A model generated the notes under the pieces. It worked only from the letters and a program-made list of their open reading frames with translations. It searched no databases and was not told the origin of the DNA. The position numbers and the translations under genes were made by a program. Source: an uncultured Planctomycetota bacterium (GTDB lineage Bacteria; Planctomycetota; Planctomycetia; Gemmatales; Gemmataceae). From it: DNA of 64,000 nt. This document shows, piece after piece, positions 39,897 to 50,046 of this stretch; positions within the stretch are counted from its first letter, which is position 1, and every line of letters begins with the position of its first letter. The stretch lies in contig CAWKHF010000001.1 in the NCBI GenBank assembly GCA_963849325.1, positions 1 to 64,000 on the forward strand, in the 5' to 3' direction.

Positions 39897-41515
39897 CCAT
39901 TCCCACGACGAAAAAGGGGCTGAGCGAAGCCCTGGCATCCCTGGAAGCGAAGCGCGAACGGTATCCGCGTGGGGCGGACCTGTTCGGAACCCGCGACTCC
40001 GGCAAGACGATCCTGCTGCTGGCCCTGGCGGACGCACTCCAGCGACGGTCCGAGTTGCCGACACCGACGCTCCGCACCACGTCGCTTAGCGACCAGGCCG
40101 TTCGCCTCCGCGGAAAGGTGCCGCTGGAGACGACAGCATACGACGACAGCCTCTCCGACCTGGACGGGCTGGAGGGGTTTGTTCTCGACCCGAGCGGGCT
40201 GCGGCCGTCGCTGATCGTCTCGCTGCCACATGTCGATCCGGCTCGCGCCAACGTTCCCGCTTGGTTGCAGTGCTACCGCGACCCCTGCCGCCACCTAATC
40301 GCGGTGGGATGGGCTCCCCGCCTGCATCTTGAGCTGTGCTGGTCGGTGTTCTGTTTCTACCTGGAGCAGTTCAATGCGGCCGCCCCCGAGGGCGACCTGC
40401 GGGAACACGCCAAGCTGGCGTTCATGGTGGCCACGAACGCCGACCACCGCGACGCCCTGGGCAGCACCAACACGGACGGGCTGAATCGCCTGCTGGCCGA
40501 CGAACGGCTGGCAGGCGCAAGAGTGACGGTGAAGTGGTCCCGCGGTGAGGCCCGGCTGACGGTGGACGGCGGCGGGCTGCCCAAAGACGAAGGCCGGCGG
40601 GTAGTGGCCTGCCTGCGTGAGGTCATCGAGGACGCCGTGTCCGTCGCCCGCGACGCCGAGGCACCCATTCGGGAATTGCTCCAGGGACTGCGGGCCGAAG
40701 ACCAGGTTCTGGTTCTAACCGGCCGCGACATCATCGAACCCACGCCGGCGTGGGGCCGGCAGGAGTGGCTGGAGGAGATCAACCGTTTCTTCTTCGGGCC
40801 GGGTTTCGTCCGCACGAACCGGAACGCCCACCTGCTCGGGAACGTGGTCGGCAAGGTCCGGGCTGACGCGGCCGTGACCGGCGAACTGCCCGTGTACGTT
40901 CGAGACACGAACTCCACCGGACTGGGTGATCTCATGCCGGTCATCGAAGAGTGGGCCACCGTACACCCCCGGCCGACAGCACACTCGCCGGCGAACCCGT
41001 CGCCGGTCGCCCCCCCGGAGACCCGTCCGACGGTCGTGGCCGAGGAGGGCACGGCTGATCTGCCTGCCTACGTCCGCGAGGCGCTCGGACATGCCGTCGC
41101 CGTGATGCCACTGGCCGTTCTGCTCTGGCTGGCGGTGTCCCGCAGCGTGGTCGGTTTGGGCTGGACGGCAGCCAGTGTACTGGCCGTCGGTGGCGCACTT
41201 GCCTGGGCGCGGAACCGGCTGCTGCCACCGAGCTGGCAGCGATTGAGCGATGGGGGACTTTACCTGCCCTCGACCCGCCGGCCGACCGAGTTGGCTGCCG
41301 GCGGATATTCCTTCCGCCGCGGGCGGTTGGATCGGCTCCGCGATTCCGCATGGGTCGTACCGGCCGGCGGGAAGCGCGGGCGGCTGGTTTACGGGTATCG
41401 GAGCCTGCGGCGATGCGGCGAAGCATCCGAGTTCGCCCACAAGTACGACCTAGTGCCCTCTGCCGCGGCTTGCGTCGCCGTGGGAATCACGCTCCTGATC
41501 CAGCGCTGGATCTGA
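39893..41515 (+). CDS. P-loop NTPase/GTPase-like protein with C-terminal TM helices
   Basis: LFGTRDSGKT, VLDPSG, VLTGRD; Pro-rich linker; about 3 TM segments. Confidence 0.65.
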   Translation: MTIPTTKKGLSEALASLEAKRERYPRGADLFGTRDSGKTILLLALADALQRRSELPTPTLRTTSLSDQAVRLRGKVPLETTAYDDSLSDLDGLEGFVLDPSGLRPSLIVSLPHVDPARANVPAWLQCYRDPCRHLIAVGWAPRLHLELCWSVFCFYLEQFNAAAPEGDLREHAKLAFMVATNADHRDALGSTNTDGLNRLLADERLAGARVTVKWSRGEARLTVDGGGLPKDEGRRVVACLREVIEDAVSVARDAEAPIRELLQGLRAEDQVLVLTGRDIIEPTPAWGRQEWLEEINRFFFGPGFVRTNRNAHLLGNVVGKVRADAAVTGELPVYVRDTNSTGLGDLMPVIEEWATVHPRPTAHSPANPSPVAPPETRPTVVAEEGTADLPAYVREALGHAVAVMPLAVLLWLAVSRSVVGLGWTAASVLAVGGALAWARNRLLPPSWQRLSDGGLYLPSTRRPTELAAGGYSFRRGRLDRLRDSAWVVPAGGKRGRLVYGYRSLRRCGEASEFAHKYDLVPSAAACVAVGITLLIQRWI

Positions 41516-41611
41516 GTTCCTGAGCTGTGCAGGGACCGCACACAGCCGGTCCTCAAGTTCGGAATAATCCCCGTGTCCCTTGGTTGAACCGCTAACTCTG
41601 TGAGGTGCATC

Positions 41612-42132
41612 GTGAGCCGAATCGACATCCTCTCCGCCGGTCAGCAACCGCCGCCGGCAAGCCCCGTGAAGCACCCGATCAACTTCCCGGTGATCCTGCG
41701 GGTGGAAACCGCGAAGCACCCGGCCGGCCGGCCGAGCTTCATTCCGGCCCCGCTCCCGGGGGCTGCCACCCTGATCGAGCAGCAGCCCCGCCAGACCGTG
41801 CTAGTCACCGACGAGTACGGCCAGAAAAAGGCCCACGTCATCGATTACGCCGAAGGGGCGCTCCGGGCGCGGACCTCGTGGACAACTGCTCGAAGGAGCG
41901 GGTTGCGGTGTTGCTCAAGCCGGCCACTCCCGTGTTTTGCGGCGAGCCGGGCGTCGTCGTGCGGGCGGGGATGAAGGCCGCCGTACTGACCGACCTCGCC
42001 TCAAAAGTGGCCTGCGGTCTCGCCGTACCCGCCGAACTTGCCGCCCTGGCACAGGCCGAGTACGAGCGGACCGCCAAGTTGCTCGCTCAAGTGCAAGCCG
42101 CGAAGGCCAAGCTCTCCATCCCCACCAACTGA
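41612..42132 (+). CDS. TssB-like sheath small subunit (T6SS-iii-like), frameshift ~41870
   Basis: IEQQPRQTVLVTDEYGQKKAHVIDY resembles Bacteroidota TssB; directly upstream of the TssC-like gene. Confidence 0.45.
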
Positions 42133-42152
42133 CCCACGACCGGAGGTAAGCC

Positions 42153-43798
42153 ATGTTGACAGCGACCGCAGTCCGTGAACCGAATGCCTTGAGCGAAGCC
42201 GTCACCCCCGAGGAACTGCTCGAACGCATCCTGGCAGAGATGGAAGTGAACACCCTGCCGGTTCCCAGCCGTAATGCCCTCGTCCGGGTGGCTGTGCCCG
42301 GTGTCGGCGAAATCACCGACGCCAAGGTAACGGGCCAACTGGAACGCATCGGAGTGGACCTGGCAGCCGACGGGCCGACTCCCTTCACCCGCGGCGAGCT
42401 GGACGCGCTTGAGGAACAACTGATCGCGCACATGGTGCGGGTGCAAGCGATCAGCGACGTACTCGCGGCCGACGCCGGCTTCGTCACCAAGGCGGGTGCC
42501 GAACAGCAGGCCGCACTCACCGCCGAGGCAACCCGTCTCCGACAGGTTCAGACGGCCGCCTGGCGGGACGGACTCAACGCCACACACACTCAGCGAGAGG
42601 GGATTTGCACTCTCGTCGCCATGCTCGACCTGAGCCTCTGCGACGGGAAGGCCGGCAAGGTCTTTTGGGTGAACGCCGACCCGTTCGCCACACCAGACAC
42701 GAAGGCTCGTGGAGAAGGTAGCTTCCGCGACATGCCGGACGACCAGAAGGTCGGCAATGCCTGGCCCTTCATCGAGTCCGCCGTCGGCCCCGACGGACAA
42801 CCCCTGGCGGTCACGCTCGTCCCGATGGCGGACAAGCTGGTGTTCCAAACGGCCGGCCGGGTGGTGGTGCTGGGCGGGGACGCGCCGGCCTGCTCGACTT
42901 GGAATGGTGGGCGGACAAGCTGACCAAGGCAGGTGCTGTGGGATTTGTCAGCGTGAACCGCCGTGACCTGGGAGACGGCCCGTTCAAGTTGCCCGACGCC
43001 CGCACGAAAGAAGAAGGCACCGCCGTGCGGCTGCGGCGGAAGTACTCCAGCTCGAACGGGGCCACCAAGTCCGTCGTCGTGTGCGGGAACCACGTCGTTA
43101 CCCACCCGGCGGGCGGGCCGGAGGAGAAACCCGTCTGCGTGTCCCCGGCGGCGGTGTACGCCGGCAAGCTGTACGGCTACGAGTACGGCCGCCCGGATCG
43201 GGGCATCACGTCGGTCCCCACTAGCGCGAAAGACCCGCTCGTCGCTGGAAACTGGTTCCACTCCCTGCTGGTGCCGTCACTGCGTGATCGCCGGGGCGAC
43301 CTCGACTCCCTGCCGATGGCCATCCTCTGCGAGGTGAGCAACGCGCGGCTGGACGACATCAACGTCGTGTTCAGTTCGTCCCGCACCATGTTCGCCGGGT
43401 CCGCTCACACGGCCGAAGTGGAATTGGGGACGAGCCTGGTCCGCAGCATCGTGATGCATCAGGTACTCATGGCCAAAGGGACCGACCTGTCGGACGAGAA
43501 CGCGCAGGCCATCGGCCGCGACCTGAACAGCGTCCTTGCCGGGCTGTCCAGCAGAACGGACCTGTCCCTCCCATTCCTCCAGGCCGGCTGCGACACGACG
43601 AAATGCCGGGTCGAGGACCAGGTCCAACGGAAGAATAACGGCGAACCGATTCTGGACGGCCAGGGGAACCCGGTTCTCACGGGCAAAAAGGAGATCGTCC
43701 TGCCGGTGACCGTCACGCTCCGCGAAGGGGCGGAGAACTTCGCCATCCACTTTGCCCCCGCTGGCCAACCCCAGCCCCAGGCCAAGGGTGAGCAGTAG
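42153..43798 (+). CDS. TssC-like contractile sheath subunit (DUF5458/T6SS-iii-like), frameshift ~42890
   Basis: KVFWVNA, LEWWADKL, VVVCGNHVV, VSPAAVYAGKLY, VVFSSSRTMF and ENFAIHF occur in the order recalled for Bacteroidota TssC motifs. Confidence 0.6.
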
Positions 43799-43857
43799 CA
43801 ACGATTGACGCGACTTCGGGCGGCCGGGCAGGCCGCCTTCTCTATGGAGGAAAATCG

Positions 43858-44353
43858 ATGAGTGTGCATGTGATCGCCAACGGCAACCCGACCTTTGCCA
43901 ACGGCCAACTCAATGCCGGTGGTGGTGTCAACCTGGACCGCGTCACCCGCCTGGAGGCCGAGCTTGTCATGGAACCCGAAGTGGCCGGCACCTTGGCCAA
44001 GGCGACTCCGGGTGGGAATCACTCGCGACGCCTCCCAGGGCACCGCCGCCGACATGGCCGGCTGGAAGCTGCAATTCGCCGGCGGGAGGGCGGAAAAGAA
44101 GATGGTCAAGCTGACCGTCCTGCTCGTGGACGACGTGTCTGGGCCGACACCGGTCCTCATCGGCAAGATCGAGGCCGAAGAGGCGCTGGTTGCCGAAGGG
44201 GACATCCAGGACGCCGACAGCCCCACCCAAACCTGGGAATTCACCTGCAACAAGTACTCGTACTTCAACGCCGTCAGCGGGCAGAAAGAGCCGAGCGACC
44301 CGAAGCTGGTGCCGGTGGTCGTCCACGGCTTCAGCGAAACCAAGCGTAAGTGA
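43858..44353 (+). CDS. Hcp/TssD-like tube protein 1, frameshift ~44010
   Basis: About 165 aa, beta-rich, follows the sheath gene; GGAGG RBS; QTWEFTC end strand. Confidence 0.45.
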
Positions 44354-44381
44354 CCTCAAACACCCATAGCCGGAGAAGCAC

Positions 44382-44858
44382 ATGAGCCAGATGACTCTTA
44401 AAGCGAACGGTGTCGAGTTTCGGGCGGGCGACGACCCCGCGGAACTGTGTACGGCGAGCTTTGGCATGAAAGCCGAGTTGGACGAGGACGGCAGGTTCAC
44501 CCATCGCCCGCAGATGGCGACCGGCCGGGTCAGCCGCCAGATGCTGATGACGGACGGCAAGCTCTCTCTCCTTGCCGTAACTGTCTCCGGACAGCGGTTC
44601 AACCTGCTCGCGCAGCAGGCGGACAAGCACCCAGTCGCCGAGATGGTGCTGGACAAGCAGGCAGGTGGGCAACTCGTCCCGTTGTTCAAGGTGGTCATGA
44701 AGGATGTGCAGCCGATCCGCTGGCGGCTGACCTGGACGGGCGACGGGAACGACGGCCTGAACGGGGCCACATTCGTCGAGAACATCACGCTGAGGTGTTC
44801 CGAGGGGACGGTGGTGAACCTGACAGACAACGACCCCGCGCCCTTCAAGCTCGATTAA
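44382..44858 (+). CDS. TssD (Hcp)-like tube protein 2
   Basis: LCTASFGMKAELDEDGRFTHRP resembles the TssD N-terminal motif; VENITL. Confidence 0.55.
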   Translation: MSQMTLKANGVEFRAGDDPAELCTASFGMKAELDEDGRFTHRPQMATGRVSRQMLMTDGKLSLLAVTVSGQRFNLLAQQADKHPVAEMVLDKQAGGQLVPLFKVVMKDVQPIRWRLTWTGDGNDGLNGATFVENITLRCSEGTVVNLTDNDPAPFKLD

Positions 44859-44921
44859 AGGAGTCAGGAGGGGTGGGCCGCCGATGCCACCCACCCCTCT
44901 GTGCCCAATGGAGACACCGCG

Positions 44922-45497
44922 ATGACCGACGCAGACCGACAGGCTCTCGGGCGCACGGCCCATGCCCATGTGGCCGAGTGGTATCGCAAGCGCTACCCCG
45001 AAAGGTGGCTGATCGACGATCACACCATTTTGCGCGGGGGCGAGCGTGTATCGCTCCTCACGGGCGTAAACGTTTTCGACCGGCGGCTTGGTGACCCGTA
45101 CCTCCAGATCGTCAAGCTGGTACTCCAGACGCTGAAAGACGCGGCCTATCCGCTTGAGCCGCCGCAGTCTGCTGCGAGCCAACGTCCGGACCTCGCCGAC
45201 TTCCGCACTCGCGAAGTGTGGGAGGTCAAGCCAGCGGCACAGGGAAAGGCGAAGGCATTGCAGCAGTTGAACGAGTTTCTTGCCTTGTTGCGACAGGCTG
45301 ACCGCGAGTACGCCGCGCTTTCCCGGCAGCGGGAGCGGTTCGCCAGTAAGCAGTTCGACTCTACCGACACCTGGATGCCCGGCCGCACATTGCAGGTGCC
45401 CTCTCGGGCTGTGTCGGGCAGGACATCCGGTCTTCTATCTTTCGCCTGCCCCGTACCGGGAGTGATCTTATGGGAACATCACGCGACCAAGCGGTGA
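44922..45497 (+). CDS. Restriction-endonuclease-fold toxin-like protein
   Basis: RPDLADFRTREVWEVKP is a PD-(D/E)xK motif; GRTAH. Confidence 0.65.
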   Translation: MTDADRQALGRTAHAHVAEWYRKRYPERWLIDDHTILRGGERVSLLTGVNVFDRRLGDPYLQIVKLVLQTLKDAAYPLEPPQSAASQRPDLADFRTREVWEVKPAAQGKAKALQQLNEFLALLRQADREYAALSRQRERFASKQFDSTDTWMPGRTLQVPSRAVSGRTSGLLSFACPVPGVILWEHHATKR

Positions 45498-46936
45498 CGA
45501 TCGACATCGCGGCCCCGGACTTCCGGATCAACCACGTCGAATCGCTCACCCTCAGTATGCGAGCGAACCTCCCGCCTACCGGCGTCGTCCGCGTGCGGCA
45601 TTCGGCGACCACTGTTGCCGCGATCGGCGTGTGCGGCGCGGCGGTCTCGATGGGCGTCACTGCCCCCGCACCTGTGCCCGTGTGCCAGCCGGTATTCACC
45701 GGAACCGTCACCGACGCGATTTTGGGGGAGGATGGCGTGGCCGTCCTTACCGTCACTGGCAAATCCGGCCAGAGAGACGAAACGGTGCGGGTCCGTTCGT
45801 TCGGCGGCGGGCCAGGGCGCGTTGTGATCAAATCTCTGACGGGCATCGCCGACTTGTTGGCGGGCGTCGGGAACTCGGCCAAGCTGACCCTGCCCGTCGC
45901 ACACCTGTACCAGTTCGGGCAAACCGACTACGAAGTGTTGCAGAGGCTGGCCGGGTGGCACGGACTGTATCTGCGCGAAAACTCTGCTGGCGTGCTGTCC
46001 CTGTCGGACGGGACCGACGGGGTGCCGCACCTCGTTCCTCGCGAAGCGGTCGCTCCCCGCTCGACCACCCTCCACCTTCATCGGCGGACCGCGGCCGCAC
46101 GCTGCGTCTCGACCGACATCCTCACCGACAAAACGCCTCCTCGTCCGGCAACTCCGATTGCCGGCGCGAACGGAGTTACCCCGCTTGCCGCGGCTGCCCA
46201 CGCACTCGGCGCGTGTCGCCCGCACGACTTGTACGGAGGCGGAGCTGGACTGACCGATGCGGACCGCGCCGGCCGGGCTGCCGCCGCTGCCCGCGGCGCG
46301 CTGACAGCTTGGCGGGCCGTACTGACCGGCACGCTAGCTCCCCAGGTGAGAGTGGGCGACCGCTTAAAGCTCATCGATTCGGCAATCACGGATGACCTGT
46401 TGGTGCGGGCGGCAGAACTGGTGTACACGCCGACGAGCCGCGACCCGCTTACCGTTGCCGTCGATGCGGTCCCCACAGGGCCACTCGGGGGTTGCCCGAT
46501 GCCCGCCGTCCCCGGCCCCGTCGTCGGCATCCTCGGCACCACACTTGAAGACCCGGACCGAACCGGCCGGGCCTGGGTCCGCGTGGCGTTCGCGTGGCAC
46601 GAACCCGGTGACGGCATCTGGTGCCCAGTTGCTCAAGCAACCGCTGCCAAACCCGGCCGCGGCGCAGTCGAGGTTCCGGCGGCCGGAGAGGCTGTCGTTG
46701 CCCTCCTCGATCCCACGGGATTCGACCCGCCCACCGTCGTCGGGGCGGTGTACCGCGGCCCCGGAGGCGGCCAACCGACAACGGCAACTCGCCGCATCCT
46801 TCACTCATCACCAGGCATTCGGGTGGAAGTCGATCAGGAAGCCGGCACCGTCACCATTCAGGGTAAGGCCGTTCGCATCCTCGGCCCGGTGACAATCTCA
46901 GAGACACTCGAAGTAAAGAAGGGGGAAAAGAAATGA
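45494..46936 (+). CDS. VgrG/gp27-gp5-like spike protein
   Basis: YQFGQTDYEVLQRLA; OB-fold DPDRTGRAWVRVAFAW, VPAAGEAVV, PTVVGAVY; short beta-helical tail. Confidence 0.8.
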   Translation: MTIDIAAPDFRINHVESLTLSMRANLPPTGVVRVRHSATTVAAIGVCGAAVSMGVTAPAPVPVCQPVFTGTVTDAILGEDGVAVLTVTGKSGQRDETVRVRSFGGGPGRVVIKSLTGIADLLAGVGNSAKLTLPVAHLYQFGQTDYEVLQRLAGWHGLYLRENSAGVLSLSDGTDGVPHLVPREAVAPRSTTLHLHRRTAAARCVSTDILTDKTPPRPATPIAGANGVTPLAAAAHALGACRPHDLYGGGAGLTDADRAGRAAAAARGALTAWRAVLTGTLAPQVRVGDRLKLIDSAITDDLLVRAAELVYTPTSRDPLTVAVDAVPTGPLGGCPMPAVPGPVVGILGTTLEDPDRTGRAWVRVAFAWHEPGDGIWCPVAQATAAKPGRGAVEVPAAGEAVVALLDPTGFDPPTVVGAVYRGPGGGQPTTATRRILHSSPGIRVEVDQEAGTVTIQGKAVRILGPVTISETLEVKKGEKK

Positions 46937-48256
46937 CTCCGATCCGCGTGACGCGCGAACTGGCCGAACTGACGGGCCTGGCGCTCCTGGGTGAACAGCG
47001 TCTGCGGAGCGTCATCGCCGAGAGTCTGCCGGCCTGCCAACCGATGTCCAGTTGGGCCGAGGGGTGGATCGTCGAGCCGGCATCGAACGCCCGGCTCGGA
47101 CTCCTGTCCCGCCGTTTCCGGCCTGTACCGCTGGCCGACAACGGTGTCGAGGTACGCGCACGGGGGGCTGATGTCGAGCTGCTGTTCAACTCGCCCCCTG
47201 AACGATTCGACGGAGATGCCCACGAAGGCGAAGAAGCTGTACTGTTCGTGCGCCCGGAACGAGGCTGCGGCATCGATACGCTCGACGCCTTCACGGCGGC
47301 TCGCTGCGGCTGCTTGGCCTGCTGACCTGCGGCCCCGTCTCGGCCCTGCGCCCATTTGGGACGCACCGTGGCACGGACCGGTCGATTTCACATCGCTGCT
47401 GCTGCACCCGTACCACGGCAGGTTCTTGCGTCTGCCTTTTGTACCGTTCATGAATGCTCTGGGCGGGCGTTCGTCGCTACGGGTGACGGTTGGCCGCGAG
47501 TTCGCTCCGCTGTTGGCTGAGCAACTGGTAGGCGCGATGTTCGCCAACGGAACGTTGTTGGCAAACCGGCTGCTCGAACGGATTAGCCCGAATGGGGCGG
47601 GCGCGGACATCGTGCTCGAAGGCTCCAGCCCATTGGTGATCCAGTGCGACGACCCCGCGGGCAGCCGATTCTTCACCGATGAGCGTTACGCGCTCCCTGG
47701 GACTGACCCCCTGCGGACGTTCAAACTAGAGGGCGACGGGAGGATGACATTTCATCCCGAGTCCCAGGTGATCCCGGGGCGGCTGCGGGTCGCCTACCTT
47801 CGGCACATCCCTTGGCCTGACGGGTTCCACGTCGTCCCCGGCACCACGCTCGAACTCGACCGGGTTCCCGTCCTCCGCGCTGTCACAGCCGTCGTACCTG
47901 ACAGACCGCCGCCAGGCGATCGCGACCTCAATGAAGGGGCCGTCTGGCTACTCACCCGCCCGCCTGTCCGCTACCCGTCATCGGACGAGTTGCGTCAGGC
48001 GGCCTGGCACACCCTTCCTGCGCCGCTGCGGGCCTGGGTGGACCTCGCTGCACCGGCCCCAGCGATTCGCGTGGAAGCACGCCGCGATCCCCGCACCGGC
48101 TACGCCATCCCGACCTGGGTTGTACCCCTGCGACCCCATCCGGGCGCGTTGGCCGAGCGATTAGATCGGTTTTTCGGCGGTGTTAGCGAGCGGCTGCAAG
48201 ATCAGTTCGGCGGTCTACCGATCCGACTCGAATGGGAGGGCCAGTCCGATGGATGA
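46933..48256 (+). CDS. Putative baseplate (TssF-like) protein, frameshift ~47300
   Basis: Position after VgrG, about 440 aa; only weak resemblance (YHGRFLRL, VPFMN). Confidence 0.35.
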
Positions 48257-48692
48257 GTTGTTGGTCGATGGCGGCACGGTCGAGTTTACGCCGGCCTCCG
48301 GCTGGGCATGGGGCGGAGGGTGGAATGGCATTGTTTCCGTAAATACCCGTCCGCACGGGATGGCGTCGGAAGGGAAGGCGGTTGCTCTGGCCGAAGACGT
48401 GGAGAGGTTGGCCTCTTTAGTTCTCGGCAAGAGCTACACATCGGACGGTTTCGCCGACGCTCCGGGCGTGGTAACGGCAGCGGCAGTGAGCGTCGATGGC
48501 GGAACGCTGTCACCGCTGGTCATGGTGGACGGGGCCTCCGCAGTCACCGCCCGCACCCAGGGCACGTTCCGAATCACCTGCGCGCCGTCGTTGAAAGCCG
48601 GTTCCCCGCCGGTGCCGGACCCCGCCCCGACCAAGAGCGGGACTTGGCGGGTCGAGCGAACCGGTCAAACCGCTACCCGCGCTGACCGCTAA
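48249..48692 (+). CDS. Pvc10/Afp10-like (PAAR-type) spike-tip protein
   Basis: LLVDGGTVEF, EGKAVAL..D, SYT, PG, PPVPDP...SG pattern recalls the eCIS tip family. Confidence 0.55.
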   Translation: MDELLVDGGTVEFTPASGWAWGGGWNGIVSVNTRPHGMASEGKAVALAEDVERLASLVLGKSYTSDGFADAPGVVTAAAVSVDGGTLSPLVMVDGASAVTARTQGTFRITCAPSLKAGSPPVPDPAPTKSGTWRVERTGQTATRADR

Positions 48693-48705
48693 TCGAGGAG
48701 GCATT

Positions 48706-49257
48706 GTGGCAGTCCAGATACCGCTACTTCTGGGGTTAGGTGCCGCCTCGACCGGTTACACGTCCTGGAGGGCACTTCCGGACACTCGGCTGGAGTGGCG
48801 GCGCACTCCCGGCGGCGGCACATCGACGTACCGAGGAGGGCGCTACTGTGGGCCGGGCTGGGGATTCGTGCGTCAGGACGTAGAATCCGGTCGGATCGCC
48901 GCAATGCCGGACGCCGTCGATGTCATCGACGAAGCTTGTCGCCGTCACGACCAGTGCTATTTCGACCACGGCTGGTTTTCTCGCGAGTGCAACGTGCGAC
49001 TGGCCGCCAACTTGGTCGCGATCATCCGCTCGCCGACGAGCGCGCCACAACAACGGGTAGACGCCGCTGTCATGGCGGCGGTTTTCGCGGTCGAGGCGGA
49101 CTTGATCGACCCGTGGCTTCGTCCGGCAGCGCGTCTCGGCGTGTCCACTCTCGTAAGCATCCGCTCCACGATTGATGAGATGTTCCGGGGGGCGGCCACC
49201 ATGTACTGGGTCATCGAGCAGGAGATCTACCGCATTTACGGGGCATCGCCCCACTAA
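48706..49257 (+). CDS. Phospholipase A2-like effector
   Basis: Ca-loop YCGPG and catalytic DEACRRHDQCY. Confidence 0.8.
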   Translation: MAVQIPLLLGLGAASTGYTSWRALPDTRLEWRRTPGGGTSTYRGGRYCGPGWGFVRQDVESGRIAAMPDAVDVIDEACRRHDQCYFDHGWFSRECNVRLAANLVAIIRSPTSAPQQRVDAAVMAAVFAVEADLIDPWLRPAARLGVSTLVSIRSTIDEMFRGAATMYWVIEQEIYRIYGASPH

Positions 49258-49419
49258 GCATCAAAGTCCGGCTGCGGCAACGTACCCCGCCAGCGCGGGT
49301 GTGCCTCGTCGCCCGTTGATCGTAAGCCCCTTCCTGTCTTCCCGTCCGGTCCTTCCAGCTTGGGTCGCGGTCGCACTCGGTCCTTGATTCTGTAAGGAAA
49401 ATAGGGTAGTATTCCTTAC

Positions 49420-50046
49420 ATGCGCGGAAGGAAGAAGTCACCACAAGCCATTGATTCGAGGATCGTTGCGGCCATTCACGGCCGCGGACGCGGTTCAGTA
49501 TTCGTTCCGGCAGATTTTCTGGACATCGGCAGCCGGGAGGCGGTTGACGTTGCCCTCCACCGGCTTGTCCGGCAGAGAACTATCCGCCGCCTTGCCCGCG
49601 GGTTGTACGACTTCCCGAAAGAGCATCCGGTGCTGGGGCCGCTCGCACCGTCTGCCGAGGACATTGCACGGGCACTGGCGGGCCGCGACCGCACCCGCCT
49701 CCAGCCCGCCGGGGCGTATGCTGCGAACGCCCTGGGGCTATCCGAGCAGGTTCCGGCCAAGGCGGTGTTCCTGACGGACGGCCCGGCCCGGACGGTCAAG
49801 ATCGGCCCGACCACCATCCAGCTCCGCCGGACGACGCCGAAGAACATGGAAGCAGCCGGACGGCTCAGCGGCCTGCTCATCCAGGCACTCCGTGAGTTGG
49901 GCCAGGAGCATGTGACGCAGCAGCGGCGGGACCACCTGAAGCGGACGATCCCGGCCGACAAGCGGCGCGAGCTGCTGAAGGACTTGCGGCTCGCCCCGGC
50001 GTGGATGCACCCGATCTTCCGCGAACTCGCCGGGGAGGAAGCATGA
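49420..50046 (+). CDS. AbiEi-type antitoxin (DUF6088)
   Basis: wHTH DVALHRL...IRRLARGLY; ANALGLSEQVP, FLTDG. Confidence 0.85.
   Translation: MRGRKKSPQAIDSRIVAAIHGRGRGSVFVPADFLDIGSREAVDVALHRLVRQRTIRRLARGLYDFPKEHPVLGPLAPSAEDIARALAGRDRTRLQPAGAYAANALGLSEQVPAKAVFLTDGPARTVKIGPTTIQLRRTTPKNMEAAGRLSGLLIQALRELGQEHVTQQRRDHLKRTIPADKRRELLKDLRLAPAWMHPIFRELAGEEA

Noticed and set aside
41612-49257. Prophage tail operon
   Set aside because: No capsid, terminase, portal, tape-measure or lysis genes; the sheath is split into TssB/TssC-like parts and toxins are embedded.
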